DNA of 64,000 nt. It comes from Eledone cirrhosa (lineage: Eukaryota). The stretch covers positions 33,232,001 to 33,296,000 of the forward strand of contig OZ024752.1 of assembly GCA_964016885.1 (NCBI GenBank), read 5' to 3'. The position numbers were made by a program, and so were the translations under genes. A model generated the notes under the pieces. It made no database searches and was not told the origin of the DNA. It worked only from the letters and a program-made list of their open reading frames with translations. This document shows, in pieces, positions 41,215-55,460 of this stretch (positions are counted from its first letter, which is position 1; every line of letters starts with the position of its first letter).

Positions 41215-42939
41215 GTGTATGTGAGTGTGCGCCAATACATATATATATATATACACACACACATACAAACACACACAAACTCATACATATGCATACGCAC
41301 ACACACACACACATATACCACATAGATACGAAGATAAACATATAAATAGAGAGACATACAAATATATACAGAACCCATATACACATACATACAAACACGC
41401 ATATACATATATATACATATATACACACATATATATTCCTATATACAAGCATACACATACACACACATATATACATATACATACACATATACATATCACA
41501 CATTCACATACACGTACATATATAATACATATATATACATACATATACATATATATGTATGTACAATCATATATACACACTCAATCTTACATTCATATTT
41601 ACATGCTCATATATGTATTTTTATATTTAGAAATAAATACCAAAAAAACTATATAGACACCTATCTACACATATATTCATACATATACACTTACAAAAAC
41701 AGATGATAATAGTATGGGGGAAAGGGGGGGTTTGGAGAAGGGGATCAAAGTAAATATATGTTTCAAGAAACATATAATATTTTCCATATCTTAATTCAAT
41801 GTATGTTCCTAACATATTTTCAGTGCTAGGAAATACGAAATCTATGCATCACAAAATAAAAAAGTATACTATTAATCATATGTCAACTAAACCAAAGATA
41901 GTCAACATATTGATTTCCAAGGTGTAAATTAGTTAGGTTTATAATATTTGAGGCAGAATTATGAAGTCAAACAGTAGTAGATTATTAATTACATTATAAC
42001 TAAATTAAAGTTAATAACGTTATGGTATCAATATTAGGAGATGAATAGGGAAAAGAAACCCAAATAAAAATAAAAATAAAATAAAGTATTACATCGGTAG
42101 TAGCATATAAATTATATGTTAACTAAGTTAAAAATTATATATTTATTTCAATAGTATATGTTAATTAGTATATGTTAATTAGGTATACAATACATAAAGC
42201 AGATATTGTATTTCATCAATAGCATAATATAATTATATGCAAATAAAAATCAAAATTAATACGCACACATATACATATACATACACATACACATACCTAT
42301 ACATATACATACACATATATATATATATATATACATATATATACACATACATACATATATAGTCACATAAATATACATACAGATACACGTACAACACACA
42401 CATATACATATACATATAGATATACATATCTTTTTCAAAAAATTTGCACAGAATATATTAACTAGGTATATATCCAAAAACACCTCCCATTCTATGATTA
42501 CATGACATTCTGCAATTTGTCTGTACAATGATACTAATTTTAAGCAAATTAAAGTTAAAATTAAAGTTTTAGGTTGATTAAAGCTAAAACCAAATAATAA
42601 ATATATTTCCAAAATGTATATTAATTAGGTCAATAATACTAAAAATTCTTTCTCCGTCATAGGATACATGATATTATTTTGTTATATTTTATCTGTAAAA
42701 GAATTATAATAAAAAAAATTATAATAAAAGGTTAAACTAAATTAAAAAATTATAATAAAAGGTTAAAATAAGTTAAAATTAATCTATAAATTAAATTACT
42801 GAATATATATTAGTAATATTTAAAGGTTTTTCAAAATTAATGATTACATAATATTTTCTCATCTGTAATAAAATATTAATTAAATTAAATTTATAGGTTA
42901 ACTAACATTTAAATTAAATTAAATTCTAGAATAATGTTA

Positions 42940-44805
42940 TTAATTAGGTTTATAATATTTAAATGTTTTTTTTAGTTTATGATTACACGATATAATTAAT
43001 TCCTGTCTTTTATTTAATAAGATATCCCTAGACTTCATTATTTCAAATAGTTCTTGGGAACATAATCTACATTCCTTTCTATTATTTTGATAAGGGGTGG
43101 CTCTTTTGAGCACACTCCAGGTCAAATCATATTTTATATTTTTATTTTTATAACTATTGATTTTTTCTGCTAGAGATGTTGTATTAGCCAGTGCGGCATT
43201 TTTAAAGCTATGTTTGTGGGTATTATATCTTGTCTTAAAATTGTTAGAGGTAGCTCCTATATATGAGCAAATAGAATCTTTAGTTTTAACATTACATTTA
43301 TAGACTATGTTGTTAACAAGACAATTCCCTTTTAATGGGCAGTTTGTTTTGTTTCTACAGTTACATCCTTTCGTTAATTCTGTATTTGAGGAGATATTAT
43401 TGTTAATTTGATGTACTGGTGGTATACTTATAGTTTTCTTACATTTATATGCATTATATGCACTTATATTTTGTTTTATGTTATTTGTTGTAGAATATGA
43501 GAATTTAACTGTAGACCTATTTAAGATTTGATGGTATTTGTGGTTTGGCGGGAAGTTTTTCTCAAGGATATAAAAAAATTTTTTAGCAATATTATCCTTA
43601 ACTTGTAAATTAAAAGGAGCATTATACCAAGTAACTCGTCTATTACGGTTTCTATGTTGTTTATTATTTTTATTATTTTTATATGTTGTATCATGATTTT
43701 TACTAGGAGGAATAATGTTAATGATCTCACCACAACTATTTTTAGTTATATTTGTAGATTTAGGTGTTTTATCTTTTTTATTAGGAGTTTTATTATTAAT
43801 ATTTATTATAGTCTTATGATGAGTAGTTTTTTGAGGGTTACTATACTTTATATTAAAAGATTTAGTATTTTGGGGTATACTGTGGGTGGCATTTAGGTGT
43901 GTACTTTTCATTTGGTGTTTGTTGGTAATATTATGCTGTATGCTTTCAGTATTTTTAGTAGAAGGTATATACTCTAATCTATTTTTGTGGCCACTTCTAT
44001 CTAGAGCTTCATTATAAAAGGTCGCATTTTTATCAAATACATCTTGGTTAGAAGAAAGGTTAGAAATTCTAAGTGATATATTATATGCAAGGTTTTTAAG
44101 GATAGATTTAGGGTGATTAGATTGTGAGTGTATGTAATGTAAGTTTTGGTTAGGTTTATGGTAAGGTTGGTATATACCCGTAGCTAAATCTAAAGTTATA
44201 TCTAGGAAATTTACTACTTTACTTGTTTTTTCAAAAGTAATATTAAGATTATAATAGTCTTTAAGGAAAGTTCTAATATGCTTTTTGTTTTTTTCGATTT
44301 CTGAAAGGCTAAGGTTGTTAGAAAGAAGAAGACAGTCATCACGATATAAACCACCTTTGAGGTGGGGAAAAGAGGCATTTATGTTGAAAAGGAGAAAGAG
44401 GCCCACAAGATCAGTAATTTGGGCAGAATCGCTTGAACCCATAGTAATATCAAAAAGATTACTATAAGTGTTTCTGGTCCAGTATTCATTCTGAAATTCA
44501 ATAAGTGTTTGTCTAGCATGTGTAATAATGTTAATGTCATCCGAAGTTAAACTAGATCTATTTTTAGCAAATATTAATGCTTTGTTCAGGAGTATGGGTG
44601 ATATAGAAGAATAATAATTATCTATATCAAACTGTAGGAAAGAAGCAGAAGATTTACACCTAATATTTTTAAACCAATTAATTACCTGGGAGGTGTTTTC
44701 CCAGAGTGGTAAAATAACGTATTTTCTTATTTGTGGGATGACTCTATCTAAAATTTTTTTGCTAATTATTCCAATATCTGATTTGGAGGGACATATAAGT
44801 CTAAT
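42940..44805 (-). CDS. Mirror copy of the Penelope-like RT/GIY-YIG ORF
   Basis: Same translation as the + strand copy in the ORF track (42940-44442), extendable to the centre. Confidence 0.9.
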   Translation of the reverse strand: MRLICPSKSDIGIISKKILDRVIPQIRKYVILPLWENTSQVINWFKNIRCKSSASFLQFDIDNYYSSISPILLNKALIFAKNRSSLTSDDINIITHARQTLIEFQNEYWTRNTYSNLFDITMGSSDSAQITDLVGLFLLFNINASFPHLKGGLYRDDCLLLSNNLSLSEIEKNKKHIRTFLKDYYNLNITFEKTSKVVNFLDITLDLATGIYQPYHKPNQNLHYIHSQSNHPKSILKNLAYNISLRISNLSSNQDVFDKNATFYNEALDRSGHKNRLEYIPSTKNTESIQHNITNKHQMKSTHLNATHSIPQNTKSFNIKYSNPQKTTHHKTIININNKTPNKKDKTPKSTNITKNSCGEIINIIPPSKNHDTTYKNNKNNKQHRNRNRRVTWYNAPFNLQVKDNIAKKFFYILEKNFPPNHKYHQILNRSTVKFSYSTTNNIKQNISAYNAYKCKKTISIPPVHQINNNISSNTELTKGCNCRNKTNCPLKGNCLVNNIVYKCNVKTKDSICSYIGATSNNFKTRYNTHKHSFKNAALANTTSLAEKINSYKNKNIKYDLTWSVLKRATPYQNNRKECRLCSQELFEIMKSRDILLNKRQELIISCNHKLKKTFKYYKPN

Positions 44806-44807
44806 AT

Positions 44808-46688
44808 AACTCTAATCCTTCTATTAGACTTATATGTCCCTCCAAATCAGATATTGGAATAATTAGCAAAAAAATTTTAGATAGAGTCATCCCACAAATA
44901 AGAAAATACGTTATTTTACCACTCTGGGAAAACACCTCCCAGGTAATTAATTGGTTTAAAAATATTAGGTGTAAATCTTCTGCTTCTTTCCTACAGTTTG
45001 ATATAGATAATTATTATTCTTCTATATCACCCATACTCCTGAACAAAGCATTAATATTTGCTAAAAATAGATCTAGTTTAACTTCGGATGACATTAACAT
45101 TATTACACATGCTAGACAAACACTTATTGAATTTCAGAATGAATACTGGACCAGAAACACTTATAGTAATCTTTTTGATATTACTATGGGTTCAAGCGAT
45201 TCTGCCCAAATTACTGATCTTGTGGGCCTCTTTCTCCTTTTCAACATAAATGCCTCTTTTCCCCACCTCAAAGGTGGTTTATATCGTGATGACTGTCTTC
45301 TTCTTTCTAACAACCTTAGCCTTTCAGAAATCGAAAAAAACAAAAAGCATATTAGAACTTTCCTTAAAGACTATTATAATCTTAATATTACTTTTGAAAA
45401 AACAAGTAAAGTAGTAAATTTCCTAGATATAACTTTAGATTTAGCTACGGGTATATACCAACCTTACCATAAACCTAACCAAAACTTACATTACATACAC
45501 TCACAATCTAATCACCCTAAATCTATCCTTAAAAACCTTGCATATAATATATCACTTAGAATTTCTAACCTTTCTTCTAACCAAGATGTATTTGATAAAA
45601 ATGCGACCTTTTATAATGAAGCTCTAGATAGAAGTGGCCACAAAAATAGATTAGAGTATATACCTTCTACTAAAAATACTGAAAGCATACAGCATAATAT
45701 TACCAACAAACACCAAATGAAAAGTACACACCTAAATGCCACCCACAGTATACCCCAAAATACTAAATCTTTTAATATAAAGTATAGTAACCCTCAAAAA
45801 ACTACTCATCATAAGACTATAATAAATATTAATAATAAAACTCCTAATAAAAAAGATAAAACACCTAAATCTACAAATATAACTAAAAATAGTTGTGGTG
45901 AGATCATTAACATTATTCCTCCTAGTAAAAATCATGATACAACATATAAAAATAATAAAAATAATAAACAACATAGAAACCGTAATAGACGAGTTACTTG
46001 GTATAATGCTCCTTTTAATTTACAAGTTAAGGATAATATTGCTAAAAAATTTTTTTATATCCTTGAGAAAAACTTCCCGCCAAACCACAAATACCATCAA
46101 ATCTTAAATAGGTCTACAGTTAAATTCTCATATTCTACAACAAATAACATAAAACAAAATATAAGTGCATATAATGCATATAAATGTAAGAAAACTATAA
46201 GTATACCACCAGTACATCAAATTAACAATAATATCTCCTCAAATACAGAATTAACGAAAGGATGTAACTGTAGAAACAAAACAAACTGCCCATTAAAAGG
46301 GAATTGTCTTGTTAACAACATAGTCTATAAATGTAATGTTAAAACTAAAGATTCTATTTGCTCATATATAGGAGCTACCTCTAACAATTTTAAGACAAGA
46401 TATAATACCCACAAACATAGCTTTAAAAATGCCGCACTGGCTAATACAACATCTCTAGCAGAAAAAATCAATAGTTATAAAAATAAAAATATAAAATATG
46501 ATTTGACCTGGAGTGTGCTCAAAAGAGCCACCCCTTATCAAAATAATAGAAAGGAATGTAGATTATGTTCCCAAGAACTATTTGAAATAATGAAGTCTAG
46601 GGATATCTTATTAAATAAAAGACAGGAATTAATTATATCGTGTAATCATAAACTAAAAAAAACATTTAAATATTATAAACCTAATTAA
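44808..46688 (+). CDS. Penelope-like RT + GIY-YIG endonuclease polyprotein, 5'-truncated but otherwise uninterrupted
   Basis: Frame is open from the palindrome centre: NPSIRLICPSKSDIG, FLQFDIDNYYSSIS, ITMGSSDSAQITDLVG, GLYRDD, VNFLDITL, CNCRNKTNCPLKGNC, NIVY...YIG...FKTRYNTH, CRLC...CNH. Confidence 0.9.
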   Translation, partial: NSNPSIRLICPSKSDIGIISKKILDRVIPQIRKYVILPLWENTSQVINWFKNIRCKSSASFLQFDIDNYYSSISPILLNKALIFAKNRSSLTSDDINIITHARQTLIEFQNEYWTRNTYSNLFDITMGSSDSAQITDLVGLFLLFNINASFPHLKGGLYRDDCLLLSNNLSLSEIEKNKKHIRTFLKDYYNLNITFEKTSKVVNFLDITLDLATGIYQPYHKPNQNLHYIHSQSNHPKSILKNLAYNISLRISNLSSNQDVFDKNATFYNEALDRSGHKNRLEYIPSTKNTESIQHNITNKHQMKSTHLNATHSIPQNTKSFNIKYSNPQKTTHHKTIININNKTPNKKDKTPKSTNITKNSCGEIINIIPPSKNHDTTYKNNKNNKQHRNRNRRVTWYNAPFNLQVKDNIAKKFFYILEKNFPPNHKYHQILNRSTVKFSYSTTNNIKQNISAYNAYKCKKTISIPPVHQINNNISSNTELTKGCNCRNKTNCPLKGNCLVNNIVYKCNVKTKDSICSYIGATSNNFKTRYNTHKHSFKNAALANTTSLAEKINSYKNKNIKYDLTWSVLKRATPYQNNRKECRLCSQELFEIMKSRDILLNKRQELIISCNHKLKKTFKYYKPN

Positions 46689-48409
46689 TAACATTATTCT
46701 AGAATTTAATTTAATTTAAATGTTAGTTAACCTATAAATTTAATTTAATTAATATTTTATTACAGATGAGAAAATATTATGTAATCATTAATTTTGAAAA
46801 ACCTTTAAATATTACTAATATATATTCAGTAATTTAATTTATAGATTAATTTTAACTTATTTTAACCTTTTATTATAATTTTTTAATTTAGTTTAACCTT
46901 TTATTATAATTTTTTTTATTATAATTCTTTTACAGATAAAATATAACAAAATAATATCATGTATCCTATGACGGAGAAAGAATTTTTAGTATTATTGACC
47001 TAATTAATATACATTTTGGAAATATATTTATTATTTGGTTTTAGCTTTAATCAACCTAAAACTTTAATTTTAACTTTAATTTGCTTAAAATTAGTATCAT
47101 TGTACAGACAAATTGCAGAATGTCATGTAATCATAGAATGGGAGGTGTTTTTGGATATATACCTAGTTAATATATTCTGTGCAAATTTTTTGAAAAAGAT
47201 ATGTATATCTATATGTATATGTATATGTGTGTGTTGTACGTGTATCTGTATGTATATTTATGTGACTATATATGTATGTATGTGTATATATATGTATATA
47301 TATATATATATATGTGTATGTATATGTATAGGTATGTGTATGTGTATGTATATGTATATGTGTGCGTATTAATTTTGATTTTTATTTGCATATAATTATA
47401 TTATGCTATTGATGAAATACAATATCTGCTTTATGTATTGTATACCTAATTAACATATACTAATTAACATATACTATTGAAATAAATATATAATTTTTAA
47501 CTTAGTTAACATATAATTTATATGCTACTACCGATGTAATACTTTATTTTATTTTTATTTTTATTTGGGTTTCTTTTCCCTATTCATCTCCTAATATTGA
47601 TACCATAACGTTATTAACTTTAATTTAGTTATAATGTAATTAATAATCTACTACTGTTTGACTTCATAATTCTGCCTCAAATATTATAAACCTAACTAAT
47701 TTACACCTTGGAAATCAATATGTTGACTATCTTTGGTTTAGTTGACATATGATTAATAGTATACTTTTTTATTTTGTGATGCATAGATTTCGTATTTCCT
47801 AGCACTGAAAATATGTTAGGAACATACATTGAATTAAGATATGGAAAATATTATATGTTTCTTGAAACATATATTTACTTTGATCCCCTTCTCCAAACCC
47901 CCCCTTTCCCCCATACTATTATCATCTGTTTTTGTAAGTGTATATGTATGAATATATGTGTAGATAGGTGTCTATATAGTTTTTTTGGTATTTATTTCTA
48001 AATATAAAAATACATATATGAGCATGTAAATATGAATGTAAGATTGAGTGTGTATATATGATTGTACATACATATATATGTATATGTATGTATATATATG
48101 TATTATATATGTACGTGTATGTGAATGTGTGATATGTATATGTGTATGTATATGTATATATGTGTGTGTATGTGTATGCTTGTATATAGGAATATATATG
48201 TGTGTATATATGTATATATATGTATATGCGTGTTTGTATGTATGTGTATATGGGTTCTGTATATATTTGTATGTCTCTCTATTTATATGTTTATCTTCGT
48301 ATCTATGTGGTATATGTGTGTGTGTGTGTGCGTATGCATATGTATGAGTTTGTGTGTGTTTGTATGTGTGTGTGTATATATATATATATGTATTGGCGCA
48401 CACTCACAT

Positions 48410-48448
<39 letters not shown>

Positions 48449-48477
48449 AGCGTGTATGTGTGTCTGTATGTGTGTGC

Positions 48478-48517
<40 letters not shown>

Positions 48518-48547
48518 GTGTATGTATGTGTATGTGTGTGTATATAG

Positions 48548-48579
<32 letters not shown>

Positions 48580-48728
48580 GTGTATATAGGTGTCTATGTG
48601 TGAATATATGTCTTTATTCGTATGTGTGTATTTATATATGTTTATATTTAGGTGTATGTATGTATGTGTATGTATGTATGTATGTGTATGTGTGTGTATG
48701 TATATGTGTATATGTGTGTATATATATG

Positions 48729-48761
<33 letters not shown>

Positions 48762-48982
48762 TATTCTTTATTATTATTGTAATATAACTTATGTGTATAT
48801 GTGTATAAGTGAGGTTGTGTATGTATATATACTATGTGTATATATAAGAGTAATGAAATATATATATATATATATATATATATGTGCATGTCTGTATTTT
48901 ATGTGTGTGTGTGGATATATATATATGTGTATGTGTGTATATATGTATGTATATATACATATGTGTGTACGTGTGTGTATGT

Positions 48983-49036
<54 letters not shown>

Positions 49037-49144
49037 GGATGTTTGTATGTGTTTTTATGGTGGTATGAGTGTGGGATATATATGTTTGTGTATAAATGTA
49101 TGTATGTGTATGTATGTATATATGAGTCTACGTGTGTGTGTATA

Positions 49145-49197
<53 letters not shown>

Positions 49198-49967
49198 ATG
49201 TATGTATGTGTTGCGCGTGTGTGTGTCCGTATTTATATCTTTTTATATGTGTATGTGTATGTTCGTGTAAATGTATGTGTGTGTATGACAGTATAGGTAT
49301 GTGTGTATGTATGTATGTATAGATATCTCTATGTGCGCGTACATGTATGTATGTGTATGTATATCTGTATGCGTACGTACATTATATTATATGTATTATA
49401 CTTTATTGTTTTTATTTTTTTATTTTTCATAATTTATAGATACATTTATATTAAGGTTGTCTGGTCTGACAGTCTAATACTGACCCCTCCCCCCCCCCTC
49501 CCACCTAATTTCTGTATCTTGATCTTGAAATGTGTGTACCAGTGTGTTTATGTGAGTGACTTAATTTCTATTTGCTTATGATTTTATATCCACATATATA
49601 AATGTGAGTGGGGGAGTGTGTGTGTTTGTGTGTTCGTGGTTATGTGTATATTTATATATATACGCACATGTATGTGTGATTATACTGATATGTGTGAGTA
49701 TGAAAAAAATATATTTATATGCTTGACTCCATAAGTATCATTGCGTATCTTATCAGCGCATTAAGCTTACAGAGATATTAACCTTGAAATTTTTTATTTG
49801 CATCCATCTTTTTAGTATGCACATACAGATTATACACACATTATTGTAAAATGTGTGTGGGGTTTTACATGTATATACACACACCAAACTGCTTTTTAAC
49901 CCTTTGTGTTTTCATTGGTCAATTTTGAACTGATATTTTGAATTGTTGTTATTATCAATAAATATAC

Positions 49968-50122
49968 TTCATTATTTCTGAAGACGGCGTATATATGAGT
50001 TAGGTATGTATATTTAATCTTGATAATTTGTATAATTTTGTATAATTTTGTACATAGATCTGTTAAATATGCATACCAATTATAACACATATATGCCCTA
50101 GAAACGATCGTTAAATAGTGAA
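49968..50122 (+). ncRNA. Type I hammerhead ribozyme with ~115-nt stem II
   Basis: ttcattattt-CTGAAGA-[cggcgtatat...ggtatgtatatttaa...ttaaatatgcatacc...atatatgcccta]-GAAA-cgatcg-TT^aaatagtgaa. Confidence 0.8.
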
Positions 50123-50307
50123 CTTTTTTTGTTTAATATAAGGAATTGTTTGTTCATTATTTGTTTAATATTTTATCTTGACTCTGTATACCGTTTATCT
50201 TTCACCGAAATTGGATTTTCATTACATCTCTTCTTTCCATGATATCCGGAATACATTGAGTTCTTCATACGGATTGGACACTACCGTAAACTCTTGGTAG
50301 ATTTATC

Positions 50308-50408
<101 letters not shown>

Positions 50409-50640
50409 TATAATATATATATATATAATATTTTTAATATGATATCCCAGAAATATATATAACGAAATAAATATGGTTTTATAAATATAGTTTCCATTTG
50501 TTTAATATCGTATATATATAATATATATATATATAATATATATATAATATATATAATATATATATATATAATATATATATAATATATATATATATAATAT
50601 ATATATATTATATATATATATATATATTATATATATATAA

Positions 50641-50685
<45 letters not shown>

Positions 50686-50686
50686 A

Positions 50687-50737
<51 letters not shown>

Positions 50738-50773
50738 ATATATATATGTTATATATATATATATATATATATG

Positions 50774-50815
<42 letters not shown>

Positions 50816-50870
50816 TTCCATTTGTTTAATATCGTATATATATAATATATATATATATAATATATATATA

Positions 50871-50968
<98 letters not shown>

Positions 50969-51017
50969 GTTATATATATATATATATATATGTTATATAT
51001 ATATATATATATATATG

Positions 51018-51061
<44 letters not shown>

Positions 51062-51111
51062 ATATATATATATATATATATATGTTATATATATATATAT
51101 ATATATATATG

Positions 51112-51179
<68 letters not shown>

Positions 51180-51239
51180 ATATGTATTTAAGCTTTGACG
51201 TACCCTATTAAAATGCAACCATTGTTTTTGGAAGCCATC

Positions 51240-51317
<78 letters not shown>

Positions 51318-52634
51318 TATATATATATATATGTGTACAAGCATACACATACACAAACATAGCCATACACACATACATATACATACATACATACACAGAA
51401 TTATACATATATACACACGTACATACATACACATACATAAATGCACTCCTCTACATATTCACACACGCAAATAAATATAAGAAAAAAATAATATATATAT
51501 ATAATATATATATAAAAAATTTTTGACAGCGATACAGAAGGCAGCTAACTGGACAGACACGCGTGGTAAGTAATACACACAAAAGCACGTATACATACGT
51601 ACGAAGTAGTAAATACATACACACACTCTCGCACATAAATATACATATACAAATATATAAACACATACATACACATACATGCACAAACACGCACACGCAC
51701 ACGTATACAATTATACACACACATATGTATATGTAATTACATACACATACATATATATATATCCATAAATATAAACATAGACACACACACACATATATGT
51801 ATATATACATACATAGCTATACAATTATACACATACAAATACGTACATATCATAAACACGCACAACCAAATACAAACACACACACATACATATATATATA
51901 TACATACACATATACATGTGTGTGTGTGTGTAAAACTCAGTCTTAGATAATTCATATGAACCTTACATATACATATATATAGTAGTAAAGTAATAAGCAA
52001 CATAAGGCAATTATTCCATTCACCAGTGGTTTCTTAAAAGCAAAAAATTTTCCTTCAATCTTCAGAATGAAAAAAACCTGGTCTATCTACATATACATAC
52101 ATATACACACACAAATATATATATATATATACATATATATACACACACAAATATATATATATATATACATATATATACACACACAAATATATATATATAT
52201 ATACATATATATACACACACAAATATATATATATATATACATATATATACACACACAAATATATATATATATATATATACATATATATACACACACAAAT
52301 ATATATATATATATATATACATATATATACACACACAAATATATATATATATATATACATATATATACACACACAAATATATATATATATATATACATAT
52401 ATATACACACACAAATATATATATATATATATACATATATATACACACACAAATATATATATATATACATATATATACACACACAAATATATATATATAT
52501 ATACATATATATACACACACAAATATATATATATATATACATATATATACACACAGAAATATATATATATATATACATATATATACACACATATATATAT
52601 ATACACACATATATATACACACATATATATATAT

Positions 52635-52673
<39 letters not shown>

Positions 52674-52690
52674 TATATATATATATATAT

Positions 52691-52799
<109 letters not shown>

Positions 52800-53074
52800 A
52801 ATATACATACACATAGGTATGTGAAGGGCAAGGCAATATGGAGGGGGGGGGCATAGGAAAAGGTGAAATATAAGGGGAGGTAAGGGAGAAAAAAAATATA
52901 TATACAAGAGTACAGAACGTAGAATCAGCAAAATAAAAACCGTAGCAGAAGTAAAGAGCAGAGAAGGAGTTCAAGGCGGTTGATTTATCATAGGAGTGTC
53001 AATCCAGTTACAGATCAGATGCGATTTCAGATGAGGACAGCATCTGAAGATCTCAGTCTTTGAGTTAAGGCAAT

Positions 53075-54087
53075 CTTAACCTTAAAATCACTATAGATAC
53101 GAACCTTACTAATGCTAACTTTCTTGATATTAATCTTGATCTACTTACCGCCTCTTTTAAACCCTATCATAAACCTAATGAAAATCTTAGGTATATACAC
53201 AAAGAGTCTTGCCATCCCCCTATAGTTTTTAATAATCTTATTCCTAACATTAGCCGTAGGATTTCTACCTTATCTTCGTCTATAGACATTTTTAATAAAG
53301 CCACCCCTTATTATAATAAAGCCCTTAAGAACAGCGGTTTTACAGAAAAAATTTCTTATTTACCTAAACCCCCCCCCCCTCTAAAACTAACCACAATAAC
53401 AGGAAAAGGAAGATTATTTGGTTCACACACCCCTTCTCTCTTACTGTCAAAACTAATGTAGGAAGGAAATTCCTTGAACTATTAGACAAACATTTTCCTC
53501 CTAATCATAGATATTATAAGATATTTAATAGGAACGTAGTTAAGATCAGCTACTCTTGTTGCCCATCTATGAAGTCCAAAATCACCAGTTCAAACCATAC
53601 GAGAATAAATCCAGGATGCAGTTGCAGGAAGCCGGATGAATGCCCATTGCAGGGTAAATGTAACACCAAATCTGTTGTTTATGAGGCTAAGATAACACCG
53701 GTAATCAACAACCAGCCAGCCAGGAGTGAGCGATATGTCGATATGACCCAGGACAGGTTTAAAACCAGATTTTACTCACATGTCGCTTCTTTTAAGCACT
53801 CCGATAAACGAACATCAACGGCCCTCGCAAGTAAGGTGTGGGAACTCAAGGATAGTAACATCCCGTACTCTATTGATTGGTCTATATTAGACCATTCTAG
53901 GGAGTACCAAAGGGGCACAAAGAATTGTTCTTTGTGTACCACAGAAAAGTATAGGATCTTGCTAAACTTGAGAGCCATTTCCGCTTGCCTTAACTCAAAG
54001 ACTGAGATCTTCAGATGCTGTCCTCATCTGAAATCGCATCTGATCTGTAACTGGATTGACACTCCTATGATAAATCAACCGCCTTGA
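53075..54087 (+). pseudogene. PLE RT thumb + GIY-YIG fragment, frameshifted near 53370-53415
   Basis: NLKITIDTNLTNANFLDINLDL...KPYHKPNENLRYIHKESCHPP, then CSCRKPDECPLQGKC, SVVY...YVD...FKTRFYSH, CSLC...CPH. Confidence 0.88.
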
Positions 54088-54275
54088 ACTCCTTCTCTGC
54101 TCTTTACTTCTGCTACGGTTATTTTGCTGATTCTACGTTCTGTACTCTTGTATATATATATTTTTTTTTCTCCCTTACCTCCCCTTATATTTCACCTTTT
54201 CCTATGCCCCCCCCCCCCCCCATATATTCTTTTTACCTTGCCCTTCACATACCTATGTGTATGTGTATGTATATT

Positions 54276-54322
<47 letters not shown>

Positions 54323-54403
54323 ATATATATGTATGTGTATATATATGTATATATATATATTTGTGTGTGTATATGTATGTATATGTAGATAGACCAGGTT
54401 TTT

Positions 54404-54460
54404 TTCATTCTGAAGATTGAAGGAAAATTTTTTGCTTTTAAGAAACCACTGGTGAATGGA
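54404..54460 (+). ncRNA. Hammerhead motif with GUG (non-canonical) triplet; mirror on - strand at 52015-52071
   Basis: ttcatt-CTGAAGA-ttgaagg...cttttaa-GAAA-ccactgg-TG-aatgga. Confidence 0.62.
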
Positions 54461-54829
54461 ATAATTGCCTTATGCTGCTTATTACTTTACTACTATATAT
54501 ATGTATATGTAAGGTTCATATGAATTATCTAAGACTGAGTTTTACACACACACACACATGTATATGTGTATGTATGTGTATGTATATAATATATATATAT
54601 ATATATATGTATGTGTGTATGTATACATATATGTGTGTGTGTGTATGTTTATATTTATGTATATATATATATACGATATTAATAAATGGAAACTATATTT
54701 ATAAAACCATATTTAAATATAGTTTCCATTTATTAATATCGTATATCTACTCCAAATACTTGTCGAGTGCTTTATAACAGTTATAAAAATATTTACTTGT
54801 TGTATCCCAACAATTTTAAATAGAACTTT

Positions 54830-54879
<50 letters not shown>

Positions 54880-54882
<3 letters not shown>

Positions 54883-55460
54883 GAGAGGTATAGAGATTGT
54901 TTTAGCAAGAAGCTAACGGCATTCTATAACATATATGCGACTATAACGTCAAGATGGGAAAAGTAGTTAACGAAAGATTTAGGAAAAATAACTCAAACTC
55001 ATCTCAAAAGAGAATCAGGATATAAATTCATCCACAGAATTTAGTGAAATCCAGGGAAAAATCTATAGACCTTTAACTCATGATAAAATAAAGTTTGAAA
55101 CACTTATCCTTCAATTTGGAATAACATCAAATGCTCTGTATAGTCTTAAAAGACTATTTCATGAAAACTTTCAGTGGAGATGGTCACGGTTGGATTTCAT
55201 TCATCAGCAGAGCTCAACAGAAAACCAGGGCTCTCACAGTAATATAATCCGAAAAAGGGAATTCTAAAACTGGCTAGTTCGCCTTCATGTGTAATTATGA
55301 AAAAGCACATGAGGAAAAAACGGGGCTAGTGACGTCAGGATGGAAGTGAATGTTTATTTACAAGAAATAGCAGTCAAATACATTCTGAAAAAAACTCTAC
55401 AAAAGGAGTTCAGCAAAATAGCAATAATTATCACAGTTTTTATGAAAAAAAAAACCGGGA
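54880..55460 (-). mobile_element. ~580-bp non-coding insertion carrying a hammerhead, between (TA)n tracts
   Basis: Interrupts the family C 3' UTR relative to its mirror copy; no recognisable ORF. Confidence 0.6.
55133..55213 (-). ncRNA. Type I hammerhead ribozyme with three complete stems
   Basis: - strand: gctctg-CTGATGA-atgaaa...tttcat-GAAA-tagtct-ttta-agacta-TA^cagagc. Confidence 0.85.

Noticed and set aside
44808-46688. Selenoprotein-type (Naiad) PLE
   Set aside because: No in-frame TGA in the ORF, and the endonuclease is C-terminal rather than N-terminal
39456-50176. Pure assembly artefact explanation for the palindromes
   Set aside because: Not preferred: arms show substitutions and indels, flanks and tails are asymmetric, and the architecture recurs in several unrelated element families; cannot be fully excluded without reads
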